Sequence record: MN917146.1
Length of the DNA: 40,000 nucleotides
Strand: one strand, 5' to 3'
DNA from: Bacteroides phage crAss002
The translations under genes and the position numbers were made by a program. The notes beneath the pieces were generated by a model that saw nothing but the letters and a program-made list of their open reading frames with translations, searched no databases and had not been told where the DNA came from. Each line of letters begins with the position of its first letter. Positions within the stretch are counted from its first letter, which is position 1. Positions 1 to 9,918 of the stretch are shown piece after piece.

Positions 1-366
1 TCCTTAATTGGTCTTACTTATATTATATAGTATTAGTTGTCTACTGGGTCTTATTGTGTATTACCTTTCTCCTCTTCTATCGAAGAGTTCGAAGATTTAG
101 CATCAGGATTGTAAAAATAGAACGGTAAGATTTAGTTGATATTTTGGTTAAGTATTGGACTTATATTAGAGTGTATACTAATGTGAACTAGTGTGAATGG
201 ATGTGAATTATACAGCGAATACAATTCTAAAGGTTTTTTAACGAGTTAGATATTGATAGTATGAATATTATTCGTATACTTGTACTATTAATGACTGGTG
301 CATATATTACTCTTAGTAATACTAGTCAACTTAATTAATAGTATTAACAATCTAATTAAAGTAATC

Positions 367-1008
367 ATGTTACATTTAGAGAACAAAACTAAAGGAGAAA
401 CTTTCCTAGTTCCTCAACACATTGGAGAAATTGATTTCAAATATGTTTCTGACCGAGTTAAAGATATAACTCCGTTTAAGCATTTTGGTATTGTCGCTAT
501 TATTCAGACTGCTAAACTTCGTGAGATTATCAATCCTGATTTAAAGGGTACTGGTAGTACTAGATTTATATTAGTTAAGACTAACTATGCCGATGATGTT
601 AAAGAAGAAGATAGAGCTATGCTTAATCGTTTCTTATATGTTGCTCCATCTGATGTATTTACTGGTATAGATTGTAATCCTCGTAGTAATGAACTTACTC
701 CTTATAATCTTGCTGAATTTATTCGTGGTGACCAAGACTTAAATCTTAGTATTGCTCGTGGTGAGATATTCCGTAAAGTTGGAAGTGGTTCTGTTATTAG
801 TTTACTTGGTACAGAAGTGAATCCTGTTACTACTGAAAAGAAAGGAGATAATGGTAAGTTGATTACTACTATTGCTGAAACAGTAGTTTGTATTGGTTAT
901 AAAATTGTCCGTCTTACTGATATTCAAGGTCAAAACTCTGTCGAAGGTCTTATTCCTAGCGGTAAACCTCAAAAGTTTATAGTAGCTACTAACTTACTAA
1001 ATATATAA
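367..1008 (+). CDS. conserved phage structural-module protein, function unknown (start trimmed from the 298 ORF)
   Basis: Open frame to 1008; internal ATG at 367 (MLHLENKTKGETF) is more plausible than the low-complexity hydrophobic extension from 298; precedes a tightly packed + strand gene series. Confidence 0.7.
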   Translation: MLHLENKTKGETFLVPQHIGEIDFKYVSDRVKDITPFKHFGIVAIIQTAKLREIINPDLKGTGSTRFILVKTNYADDVKEEDRAMLNRFLYVAPSDVFTGIDCNPRSNELTPYNLAEFIRGDQDLNLSIARGEIFRKVGSGSVISLLGTEVNPVTTEKKGDNGKLITTIAETVVCIGYKIVRLTDIQGQNSVEGLIPSGKPQKFIVATNLLNI

Positions 1009-1013
1009 ACTAG

Positions 1014-1559
1014 ATGCCTTCTATTGATTTAAAAGAGAAAAAGGAGTTATTAGTAACTCGTCCTGATATTATTAGTTTATTAGGTGTTACACCTCTTGAA
1101 GCTGAAATAATAGATGATATTATAGATAATATCGAAGACCAAATTATTGATAGAATTAAAAGTCTACAACGAGTTTCAATTCCTTTTATTGGTGGATTTA
1201 TTGTTAATGAAGCCAAGTTAGATGCAATAGAACATCACCCCGTAATGAAAGCTAAAAGGCAAGAACTTACTAATGAAGAATATTGGAAATTTAAAAAGAG
1301 CTTAGTTGCTACTCGAATGGCTCAACGTAGTAAATTTAGAAGTAGAACTTCGATAATATCTCGAACTGTTAGACTTAATCGTAAGTTAGCCGCAAGGAAA
1401 CTTAGAGAGTTTAATCAAGATGAGAGGTCTTTTAAATTATATATGTACTTCTTTAGTAAGATGAAGCCAGTTAATGATTCTGATTACTATATTGAACTAA
1501 GAAATAATAAAGGTTATGATTACGAAGATTGCCCCTTTGGATTTAACAGGTATGATTAG
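1014..1559 (+). CDS. hypothetical protein, possible HU/IHF-like N-terminal segment
   Basis: 181-aa ORF; stretch IIDDIIDNIEDQIIDRIKSLQRVSIPFIGGFIVN loosely resembles the helix + 'V.l.GfG.F.v' pattern of HU/IHF proteins. Confidence 0.65.
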   Translation: MPSIDLKEKKELLVTRPDIISLLGVTPLEAEIIDDIIDNIEDQIIDRIKSLQRVSIPFIGGFIVNEAKLDAIEHHPVMKAKRQELTNEEYWKFKKSLVATRMAQRSKFRSRTSIISRTVRLNRKLAARKLREFNQDERSFKLYMYFFSKMKPVNDSDYYIELRNNKGYDYEDCPFGFNRYD

Positions 1560-2235
1560 CGTTGACGAGCAAGGTTATCCCTTTGCTCCTAACGTTTATC
1601 AGATACAAGATAAAGATGTAAGAGAGTTATATCTTCGTGATACTAGTGAAGATAAACTTCGGTATCTTAAAGAAGCCGGAGTTATTTTTTATCTAGCCGA
1701 CCCTAAGTCTCCACCTAATCAAATGGGATATAGTCGTCCAGAAGCCTTAGCGTCTGCTAGGGCTAATTACGCTCTTCCTAATGATTGGCAACCCGATGCT
1801 CTTATTCTTCGTCTTGTTGATAGATATCATGAAGATAAGATGGGTGTTGCAGGCGAAGCTCTTGAAACTATTCTTAGAGCAGTTCATAATAGTTCTCGTG
1901 CAGCTAATATACTTAGTGAACAACTTACTAATAAACTTAATGCAGGTATGCAAGCCGAAGATACTTTACCGGTTATTGATTTGATAACTAAGCTAAATGG
2001 TATTATTAATATCATTCCTAATCAGATTAAATCTTTAGGTGAAGCTAAACAAGCTGCTGCTCTTGAAATAGAACAGAAGAAAGCTCGTGGTGGTAAAGTA
2101 GTTACTAGTTCTATGTCTGCTAAAGATGCTAGTGATTTGGAAGCTCAAGTAGAAGCTCAAAAGAGAGAGCTAGGATTGGTAAGTGATAGCATTGTTAACA
2201 CCCCTTTACGGGGGAAATACGAAAGTACAAAATGA
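1552..2235 (+). CDS. hypothetical protein (coiled-coil C-terminal part)
   Basis: ORF in track starts 1516, but ATG at 1552 overlaps the upstream stop (ATGATTAG), a typical coupled start; MISVDEQGYPF... Confidence 0.65.
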   Translation: MISVDEQGYPFAPNVYQIQDKDVRELYLRDTSEDKLRYLKEAGVIFYLADPKSPPNQMGYSRPEALASARANYALPNDWQPDALILRLVDRYHEDKMGVAGEALETILRAVHNSSRAANILSEQLTNKLNAGMQAEDTLPVIDLITKLNGIINIIPNQIKSLGEAKQAAALEIEQKKARGGKVVTSSMSAKDASDLEAQVEAQKRELGLVSDSIVNTPLRGKYESTK

Positions 2236-3230
2236 TACCAGTTAAACCTGAATATAAGCAAACTAAGTTATACTTTGATGAACCTACTCATAAGTATACT
2301 GATAATTGTGGTAATTCTTATATTAGTGCTACTACTATTATTCATTCGTATGTTCCTAAATTTGATTCTAATTATTGGGCTAAATATAAGGCTAAAGAAG
2401 AAAACACTTCTATCAAAGATATAAAGAATCAATGGGATAAGATAAGAGATAAGGCTTGTGATATGGGTAATGTCTATCATAATAGTTTTGAAGATGGTAT
2501 TCGTCAGAATAGTAAATTCTTCAATGCTATTAAATATCTGAATAAACAAGAAAGTAAACAAATGGTTACTGTTGCTGATTTAGATGTTGTTGATAGTCAT
2601 GTAAGACTTCTCGATGTTGATGCTTTCATTGAACATACTGAAAACAAATATCCTGAAATATATAAAGTATTTAAGTTCTATACTGAACGAGATTATAAGA
2701 TATATTCAGAGATAGGAGCATTTCTTCCTAAGTATCTTCTTAGTGGAACTATTGATATACTTCCTATTCGTGAAGATGGTTTTGTTATTCTTGATTGGAA
2801 AACTAATCGTACAGGTCTTAGATTTCAAGCAGGATACTATAAGAAAGATAAAACTGTTCGTCCAGTACAAGAAACAGATGAATGGGTTCATAAGCCAGAA
2901 GATGTTCTACTTCCACCGTTTGGTGGTCTACCTAATTGTAATGGTACTACTTATGCCTTGCAGTTAAATCTATATGCTAAAATGGTTCATCTTATTACTG
3001 GTTTGCCTTGTCGTGGTTTAGCTCTTTGTCATATTGAAGTTCCATTTGTTCTTAACCAATATGGTAGACCTCAAAGATTTAAAGACGGTTTTCATATTGA
3101 TGAAAGTAAAAGTGAAACAGCTAAATGGTATAAGATTCCTAGATTAGAACCTGAAATAGATACTATGCTTAATATCCGTTATCAAACTGTTAATGGAAGT
3201 CAGAAACAACAAATGAATTTATTTGTATAA
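2232..3230 (+). CDS. PD-(D/E)XK superfamily nuclease (RecB/Cas4-like exonuclease)
   Basis: Motifs GTIDILPI...DGFVILDWKTNR...YALQLNLYAKMV match the GxxD / D.K / QhxxY signature of the RecB-type nuclease family. Confidence 0.75.
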   Translation: MIPVKPEYKQTKLYFDEPTHKYTDNCGNSYISATTIIHSYVPKFDSNYWAKYKAKEENTSIKDIKNQWDKIRDKACDMGNVYHNSFEDGIRQNSKFFNAIKYLNKQESKQMVTVADLDVVDSHVRLLDVDAFIEHTENKYPEIYKVFKFYTERDYKIYSEIGAFLPKYLLSGTIDILPIREDGFVILDWKTNRTGLRFQAGYYKKDKTVRPVQETDEWVHKPEDVLLPPFGGLPNCNGTTYALQLNLYAKMVHLITGLPCRGLALCHIEVPFVLNQYGRPQRFKDGFHIDESKSETAKWYKIPRLEPEIDTMLNIRYQTVNGSQKQQMNLFV

Positions 3231-3245
3231 TATAAATGTAATATC

Positions 3246-3860
3246 ATGTCTAAATATAATAATTTATTAATAGATAGGTGTCGTACTGTTGATTGGAGAA
3301 AGACACTAGAGAATAAAGGTTATTCTTACTTTGATAAAGGTAAGTATAATCTTAATCTTATTGGTGTTCGTTCCAAAGAACATGGTAATGAATTCAATGA
3401 TGTTTTTATAATTGATTATTGGACAGCTAATGGTAAGAGATATACTCCTATATATCCTTGTACTACTGACCCTGGTTATAAAAGTCTTACTAATCCTGTT
3501 AATATTAAAGGTTGTGCAATTCTAGTTCCTGGTCAGTATCGTGGTTGTTTTAAGAAAGGTTATCATAAGGGACAATATCTTGCTCTTGTTCAACATAAAC
3601 CTGTTAAAGTATTCCGTGATGCTAATAAAGACTTTTATCTTGATTGTGATGAATCGACAATAGAAGAAGGAATGTTTGGTATTAATATTCATAAAGCAGG
3701 TGAATCGAGTATTGTTGTTGATGGTTGGTCTGCTGGTTGTCAAGTTCTAGCTAGAAGTATGGATTTTAGAGAACTTATGAATATAGTTAACTTAGCAATT
3801 CCTTTGTGGGGCGATGTATTTACTTATACGTTGTTAGAAGAAAAAGACTTAATAATATGA
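3246..3860 (+). CDS. putative peptidoglycan-active enzyme / endolysin candidate (YkuD-like HxnSxGC motif)
   Basis: GINIHKAGESSIVVDGWSAGCQVLA resembles the catalytic H...SxGC arrangement; located directly before two spanin-like membrane genes. Confidence 0.5.
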   Translation: MSKYNNLLIDRCRTVDWRKTLENKGYSYFDKGKYNLNLIGVRSKEHGNEFNDVFIIDYWTANGKRYTPIYPCTTDPGYKSLTNPVNIKGCAILVPGQYRGCFKKGYHKGQYLALVQHKPVKVFRDANKDFYLDCDESTIEEGMFGINIHKAGESSIVVDGWSAGCQVLARSMDFRELMNIVNLAIPLWGDVFTYTLLEEKDLII

Positions 3861-4192
3861 AACTAAAGAGTATTGGAATAGGACTATTAATAGTAGTAAT
3901 CCCGTTTGTTATAATTGGAGTATTAAACAATTTTGTTTTTAATAAGAAAAATATAGAAGTCCCGCTTATCGTTCCTGATACTATATATCAGGAAATAAAA
4001 ACAAAAAGAGATAGTTTACAACTAGTAATAGATTCTATTCTCAATACTCTTAATAATACTAATCAGTATGAGAAAGAATTTGATAAAGCAATTAGTGATA
4101 CTGATAGTATTGCTATTCTCGAACGCTTCATATATCTTGTGTCAAAACCAATCGGAGTTGAGAATCCAAAGGTTGGAGACGAAGGTAGATAG
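3857..4192 (+). CDS. small membrane protein with N-terminal TM and coiled-coil, inner-membrane spanin-like candidate
   Basis: ATG at 3857 overlaps upstream TGA (ATGA); MKLKSIGIGLLIVVIPFVIIGVLNNFVF then charged helical region; overlapped out of frame by the next gene. Confidence 0.55.
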   Translation: MKLKSIGIGLLIVVIPFVIIGVLNNFVFNKKNIEVPLIVPDTIYQEIKTKRDSLQLVIDSILNTLNNTNQYEKEFDKAISDTDSIAILERFIYLVSKPIGVENPKVGDEGR

Positions 4193-4538
4193 TTTACAGC
4201 AATCCTACTCCTTTACGGGGGATGGCGGAGCGAAGCGACGCCTAGATAAAGAAGTATTAAGAATAGCCAATGCAAAGTTAATACTTTCAGAAGAGTATAA
4301 AAGTCAATATGAATCCTACAAGAAGTTATACGAACTAAAAATTAGAGATAGCTACTTGCAGGATTCTATTATATCTAAGCAACGTGAAGAAATAAAGAGA
4401 ATAACAATAGTAGGTAATCAAGCTATTGTTAATCTTAATAAGGAATATAATAAGTCTAAAAAGTATAAGAAGCAACGTAATGGATTCATAGCTAGTACAG
4501 GTGTGCTAGCTATTCTTGTTGTTATACTATTAAAATAA
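4068..4538 (+). CDS. signal-peptide + coiled-coil + C-terminal TM protein, spanin-like candidate
   Basis: MRKNLIKQLVILIVLLFSNASYILCQNQSE N-terminus, coiled-coil middle, GFIASTGVLAILVVILLK C-terminus; 125-nt out-of-frame overlap with previous ORF. Confidence 0.6.
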   Translation: MRKNLIKQLVILIVLLFSNASYILCQNQSELRIQRLETKVDSLQQSYSFTGDGGAKRRLDKEVLRIANAKLILSEEYKSQYESYKKLYELKIRDSYLQDSIISKQREEIKRITIVGNQAIVNLNKEYNKSKKYKKQRNGFIASTGVLAILVVILLK

Positions 4539-4551
4539 CTAATTGTGAATT

Positions 4552-6849
4552 ATGCAGCTAAGTGAATATCCCTTTTATCAATTCTATTACGAAGAAGATA
4601 AAGGAAAGAAATATAAGCACGCAAGAGACTGTGGATATAAAGACCCATTCGACCATTTCTTAATAGGAGAAAGCGGAGGATTCTTAATGAATATTGACCC
4701 ACATAAGCGTTTTGTTAATACAGACCTTCTACGTCCTGCTGCTATTACTTATGAAAAAGAAGGAGTTTATACTAAGTTTGCAGTAGATAGTATGCCTCAT
4801 ATAAACTTTCGTAAACAGGAAACTCTACGTAGACTTGTTGGTTTTAAAGCTCCGTGTCTTATGGATACTAGAACTGGTGAGATAGAAGATGTCTATATTA
4901 CTGGTGAACATTATAATTTTATTAATTATGGACGTATTCTTAAACTAGATACTAAAACACTTCGAGTAGAAGAAGGTAAAGTTACTGGTCGTAAGATAAG
5001 AGGATTCCCTAGATTCATTGATTGTCAGTGGTGGTACTTCTTAATCAAACAGTTCTGTCGAGAAAATGGTATGTTTCTTATCAATGATAAGACAAGACGT
5101 GGTGGATTTAGTTATATGGAAGCTATTGGTTCTGCTAACTTTATCAATCTTACTCCTAACCGTGCTGTTATTCATGCGGCTAGTGATAATAAGTTTTTGG
5201 TTCAATCAGGAGGTCTATCTGACTTTATGAAGAAGCAAATTATCTTCTATGAATCTAATACTCCTTTTGCTAGAGGTATAGCTAAGATTGATGCTAGTGA
5301 TTTTATCTTAGGTTATAAAGACCCTAGTACAGCTATTATAGATGATAACAGTTGGAATAGTGCTTGTATATCTGTATCTACTAAGAACAATCCTTCTGCT
5401 GCTGTTGGTAAAGATGCCGGAGAAATCAAGTGTGAGGAAATGTCAGAGTTTGAGAACTTCGATGATTTCATGGATGTAACTGAACCTACTCTAAAGACTG
5501 GTTCTGTTACTACTGGTTTTCTTAATGCTTGGGGTACTGCTGGTAAAGCTAATGCAGGCTGGGTAACATTTGAGCAAAACTTTTATGACCCTAGAGGTAG
5601 AAACTTTATGGCATTTGAAAATGTATGGGATAAAGATAGTAGACCAGAAGTATGTGGTTACTTTAAACCTTATTGTTGGGGACTTGAAGGTTATAAAATT
5701 GGTGATGATAATCAGATTGCTACTCTTACTTCTCTTGATGATGATGGTAATTCTGATATAGCTCTTGGTTTTCAAATAGCAGAAGAAGAACGTGCTGCTG
5801 AAAAAGCTAAGAGCAAATCATTCGCTAAGTTTATTAGTTATTGTGGGCAGTATGCTAATATGCCTAGTGAATCATTTAGTTCTGTAAGTGAGAATATATT
5901 TAGTAGTGAGATATTAGATGAATGGGAGCAAGAACTAAAAATGTCTAATAAATATAACTTCTATATAGATGGTAAGTTTGTAGAATATGATTCGGATAAC
6001 TTCGAGTTTATTCCTAATGAACGTATTGCTGCTACTGGTGGTGTATTTAAGAAGGATTACTTTGATTATATTAAGAATGTTCCTCGTCATTCTAATGAAG
6101 ACCCTGAAGGTTGTATTCGTAAATGGTTTAATCCAATTAAAGTAGAATACATAGATAAAAAGACAGGTCAGCTAACTAAAGGTACTCCACCGGGAATATA
6201 TAGTATTAGTTATGACCCTGTTGGTATTGATAAAGATAAGAAAGAACTTACTAATAAACATTCACATAATAGTATTAAAGTTTGGATGAATCCTTGTATA
6301 TATAATGGTTATCGTCCTAGATTATGTGCTGTGTATTATGGTCGTCCTGATGAACTAGAGAAAGCAGATAGAATCTGTTATTATTTTGCAGTTACTTATA
6401 ATTGTCTTGGTACAACTAATGTCGAGATTAACCGTGGTGAAACAGTTAGTAATTTTAAGAAGTGGAAAGCTATTAGATACTTAGGTTATCACCCAGTTCA
6501 TTTATGGGATACTAATATTAATACTAAGAAGATTAATACTATTGGTTATGATATTAGTAGTGAGACAGTTAAACTTGATGGTCTTAGAATGTTAAAGGAA
6601 ATGTTGTATTCCCCCATAGGGAAGTTCGAGGATGGTCGTGATATGCTTGTTCTTCATACTATATATGATTATCAGTCTATACTAGAGTTAAAGAAATGGT
6701 CTAATACTGGTAACTTTGACCGTGTATCTGAAATGATTGTTCGTGGTATTGAATGGGCTGCTAATGATAAGTTTGCTAAAAAGCAGCTAGAACATAGACA
6801 GAGAGTGCAAACAGAGAAAGAAAACTTTTGGAATCGTAAACGTTATTAA
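4552..6849 (+). CDS. terL: large terminase subunit (crAss-like phage type)
   Basis: 765 aa; ATPase-like NDKTRRGGFSYMEA (Walker A-like), nuclease-like YSISYDPVG...; position immediately before portal. Confidence 0.8.
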   Translation: MQLSEYPFYQFYYEEDKGKKYKHARDCGYKDPFDHFLIGESGGFLMNIDPHKRFVNTDLLRPAAITYEKEGVYTKFAVDSMPHINFRKQETLRRLVGFKAPCLMDTRTGEIEDVYITGEHYNFINYGRILKLDTKTLRVEEGKVTGRKIRGFPRFIDCQWWYFLIKQFCRENGMFLINDKTRRGGFSYMEAIGSANFINLTPNRAVIHAASDNKFLVQSGGLSDFMKKQIIFYESNTPFARGIAKIDASDFILGYKDPSTAIIDDNSWNSACISVSTKNNPSAAVGKDAGEIKCEEMSEFENFDDFMDVTEPTLKTGSVTTGFLNAWGTAGKANAGWVTFEQNFYDPRGRNFMAFENVWDKDSRPEVCGYFKPYCWGLEGYKIGDDNQIATLTSLDDDGNSDIALGFQIAEEERAAEKAKSKSFAKFISYCGQYANMPSESFSSVSENIFSSEILDEWEQELKMSNKYNFYIDGKFVEYDSDNFEFIPNERIAATGGVFKKDYFDYIKNVPRHSNEDPEGCIRKWFNPIKVEYIDKKTGQLTKGTPPGIYSISYDPVGIDKDKKELTNKHSHNSIKVWMNPCIYNGYRPRLCAVYYGRPDELEKADRICYYFAVTYNCLGTTNVEINRGETVSNFKKWKAIRYLGYHPVHLWDTNINTKKINTIGYDISSETVKLDGLRMLKEMLYSPIGKFEDGRDMLVLHTIYDYQSILELKKWSNTGNFDRVSEMIVRGIEWAANDKFAKKQLEHRQRVQTEKENFWNRKRY

Positions 6850-6851
6850 TT

Positions 6852-7118
6852 ATGAGTTGGTTAACAGAAAGCAACAGGTTAAAACATTTCCTCTATGCAA
6901 TCCCATGTGGATTACTAGGAATAATGTTAGTAGTAGGCTTAGCCGTAGGCATGGAATTTAAAGATAAAATGTATGGCGGTAAGTTTGATTTCTTGGATAT
7001 TTTAGCTACATTGCTTGGCGGAATGATAGGATTCGTATTAATGCTAGTTATAGTAATAAGTACGGGTGCTATTAATTGGTACATTAATATACTTATTAAA
7101 CTAAGCGAATTGTTATGA
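6852..7118 (+). CDS. small two-TM membrane protein (holin-like candidate)
   Basis: Two hydrophobic helices AIPCGLLGIMLVVGLAVGM and LLGGMIGFVLMLVIVIS; sits between terL and portal, ATGA overlap with the next gene. Confidence 0.5.
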   Translation: MSWLTESNRLKHFLYAIPCGLLGIMLVVGLAVGMEFKDKMYGGKFDFLDILATLLGGMIGFVLMLVIVISTGAINWYINILIKLSELL

Positions 7119-9547
7119 TTGATGCTAAGCTAAATGCTCGACTTGGGGACATGCCTAAACAGCGTGTCCCTAATTCTGAAAAGGATGAATACTGGGCTGG
7201 TAGAACAATAGATTACTGTATTGCTGCCGGACTAGCGTGTAATGATAGAACTAAGACAGAACAACTTCTTGAAATACTTCATGGAGAAATGCCTGACGAG
7301 TTCTATCGTAAAACACTTAATCCTTATAATGCTACGAAGGAGAACTTTAAAAGGTTTCCTGCTACTCTAAGGAATCTTGATATTATTAATGATGTAGTTC
7401 GTCGTTATTTATCAGAATACGTTAAATCTCAACATGAATTTATTGTTGGTGCTAATAATCCTGAAATCATTATGGCTCGTGATGCTGCTATTCGAGAAGA
7501 TATAGTTAAGCGAGCTATGTTAGCATTTCAACAAGAACTTCAAAGAAGAATACAGCAACAACAAGCTGAAAATGCTCAACTAGAAGCTCAAGGACAACCA
7601 ATACAAGAGGTTGACCCTGAACAATTAGCAGCTGATGCAGAAGAGTTTGAAAAGAACTTTATTGATAATTATATAGATGAAATAAGTGCACAAGCTCAAC
7701 AACTATTAGAAGTTATTGATGATGTTCTTAATAATGAGACAATAGTTCCAGTTGAGTACTTTAACTATATCGTTACAGGGGAAGTTTATAGTTTCCATAC
7801 TGTTCGTGGCAAAAAGCTAGTTAAAGAGTGGGTTCCAACTACTGATATGTTTCCTGTTCCTAATGGAGAACAAATGGTATCTAAGTATGATATTGTAGCT
7901 CGTAGAATGTTAATGAGTTACAATCAGGTAATAGACCAATTCTCCGATGAATTATCAGATGAACAACTAGAGTTTATAACTAAATATTATAATCCTAGTA
8001 CAGTCGGTGCTACTCGTACACTTAGTCTCAATGCTTATAGTTATTATTTTCCTGAAAAGTGTAAGAGCTATGAGAATGATAATAGAGAGATATTTCCTTC
8101 TGATGGTTATGATTTAAGATTAAAGAACGGAGAACTTTTAGAAGTATGGCATGTTAATTGGAGAGGTTATACACAAGTTAAGATACTAAAGTACATTAAT
8201 GAGGTAGGATTAGTTGATGAGATGATTGTTCCTGATGATTTTGAATTTAATCCTGAACTCGGACATATTGAGATAACTTCTGTATATAAACCACAAGTTT
8301 ACGAAGGTTATCGTATAGGAGGTCAACGTTTTGGTATATATCCAGGTGGTGCTAAACCTATTCCTTTCCAATTAGATGATGATGTTAGATTGCAGTATTG
8401 TGGACTTCAAGAAGTACTTCCTCAAATGGGAAGATTCTCTATTGTAGAAATACTTACTCCATTTCAAATATTAATCAATATCTTCTCTTATCATAGAGAG
8501 ATGATGATAGCTAAGAACAAGATGTTTATTCTTGTTGCAGCTAAATCTTTATTTGGAGAAGATGCAGAAGAAGCTATTTATAATATAGCGGCAGAAGGTA
8601 TATTCCCGTATGATGATGCAGAAGATATTAATAGTACTAAAGCACAATCTATTAAAATGCTTGACGCTAATATATCTGGTTATATTACTGAAATATCTAA
8701 TCTTATTGAATCTATTAAAGCTAGTGCTCGTGAAATGGTAGATATGACACCACAACGTTATGGACAAATAGCAACTAGTGCTGGTAAAGGTACAACAGAA
8801 GAAGCTATTATTCGTGGTTCAATGGGTACAGTTATTATTAACTATATGTTCGATAAGTTCCGTGAGGACGAATATCTAATAGATTTAAATAATTCCAAGT
8901 TAGCTTGGATAGATGGATTAGATACTTCTTACTATGATAAGTCAGATAGAAAGCAATATGTCTCTCTTAATGTAAATAATCATACTCTCGGACAATACGT
9001 AATCAAAGCTAAAAACTCTGATAGAGAAACAGAGAAGTTTGAACAACTTAAAGAGTGGGCTTTCAACGCTAGTCAAAATGGAGATTTAATGTCTGCTGTT
9101 GCTGCTATTACTTCCGGTAATATATCCAGTCTTAAACTAGCTATTAATCGTTATCAAGAGATTCGTCAGAAGAATGAAGAATCGCTTAGACAATTAGACC
9201 AACAATTAGAAGAAGCTAAGAATAAAGCTGTTCTTGAACAGATAGCTGCTAAGGGGGAACAAGATGCTAGGCTAGCAGAAATCAAAGGTTATTATGATTT
9301 ACTTGCTAAAGGAATGGATACAGAAGCTGCTATGGCTGCTTTAGCTAATCAACCTGCACAAGCTGCTCCACAAGATAATTCTGCCGAACTATCATTGAAA
9401 CAAGCTGAACTAAATGAAAAGAAACGAGCTAAGGATTTAGATATGATTAACTCTGCATTAGATAGAGATAATGAACTAAAGATAGCTAAAGAGAATAAGA
9501 ATAAATATGATAGTCCTAAGTCTAAATCTAGTTCTACTAAGAAGTGA
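7115..9547 (+). CDS. portal protein
   Basis: 810 aa, follows terL; long helical C-terminal region, DSELSLKQAELNEKKRAKDLDM-type tail, typical size and order for crAss-like portal. Confidence 0.8.
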   Translation: MIDAKLNARLGDMPKQRVPNSEKDEYWAGRTIDYCIAAGLACNDRTKTEQLLEILHGEMPDEFYRKTLNPYNATKENFKRFPATLRNLDIINDVVRRYLSEYVKSQHEFIVGANNPEIIMARDAAIREDIVKRAMLAFQQELQRRIQQQQAENAQLEAQGQPIQEVDPEQLAADAEEFEKNFIDNYIDEISAQAQQLLEVIDDVLNNETIVPVEYFNYIVTGEVYSFHTVRGKKLVKEWVPTTDMFPVPNGEQMVSKYDIVARRMLMSYNQVIDQFSDELSDEQLEFITKYYNPSTVGATRTLSLNAYSYYFPEKCKSYENDNREIFPSDGYDLRLKNGELLEVWHVNWRGYTQVKILKYINEVGLVDEMIVPDDFEFNPELGHIEITSVYKPQVYEGYRIGGQRFGIYPGGAKPIPFQLDDDVRLQYCGLQEVLPQMGRFSIVEILTPFQILINIFSYHREMMIAKNKMFILVAAKSLFGEDAEEAIYNIAAEGIFPYDDAEDINSTKAQSIKMLDANISGYITEISNLIESIKASAREMVDMTPQRYGQIATSAGKGTTEEAIIRGSMGTVIINYMFDKFREDEYLIDLNNSKLAWIDGLDTSYYDKSDRKQYVSLNVNNHTLGQYVIKAKNSDRETEKFEQLKEWAFNASQNGDLMSAVAAITSGNISSLKLAINRYQEIRQKNEESLRQLDQQLEEAKNKAVLEQIAAKGEQDARLAEIKGYYDLLAKGMDTEAAMAALANQPAQAAPQDNSAELSLKQAELNEKKRAKDLDMINSALDRDNELKIAKENKNKYDSPKSKSSSTKK

Positions 9548-9596
9548 ACACTAAGTTATAATTAGCTATATACCATTCTCTATGATTCAGACGTGC

Positions 9597-9623
9597 CCTA
9601 CGGAACTTTCCGTAGGGTTTTTC
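9597..9623 (+). terminator. Rho-independent terminator downstream of portal
   Basis: CCCTACGGAA-CT-TTCCGTAGGG perfect 10-bp arms (9597-9618) followed by TTTTT. Confidence 0.8.
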
Positions 9624-9918
9624 GTATCCATAAAATCGACGTAGATAGCGTTTCCTTTGCCTCTGTTGCATTTACCCTATCGAATGGATGAACTGTAAAG
9701 GAAAGCATTAAAATGCCGTGACGGGTCTTAAAATGGCTCATTCTTTTGCCCTGTATCGAACGCAAAGTTTCTGCTGATAAGATTAACTCTAGTAATACTT
9801 AAATACAAATACGGGCAATTCTAAACCTAATAATAAGAGTATTCAGACTAGTAAGAGTTTGCTTTCTCATATTATTAGATTACATTTGAGTGAAAGTAAT
9901 AATCAAAACATATTTATT
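9624..9918 (+). ncRNA. candidate structured leader / non-coding RNA between portal and scaffold genes
   Basis: Long gene-free interval; TTTCCTTT (about 9651-9658)/AAAGGAAA pairing and TTGCCC(T)GTAT 9746-9756 / ATACGGGCAA 9809-9818 pairing. Confidence 0.35.

Noticed and set aside
9600-9860. tRNA, group I/II intron or hammerhead ribozyme in the portal-MCP gap
   Set aside because: No recognisable T-arm, domain V-like hairpin or CUGANGA/GAAA core was found by eye; kept only as unspecified structured RNA candidate.
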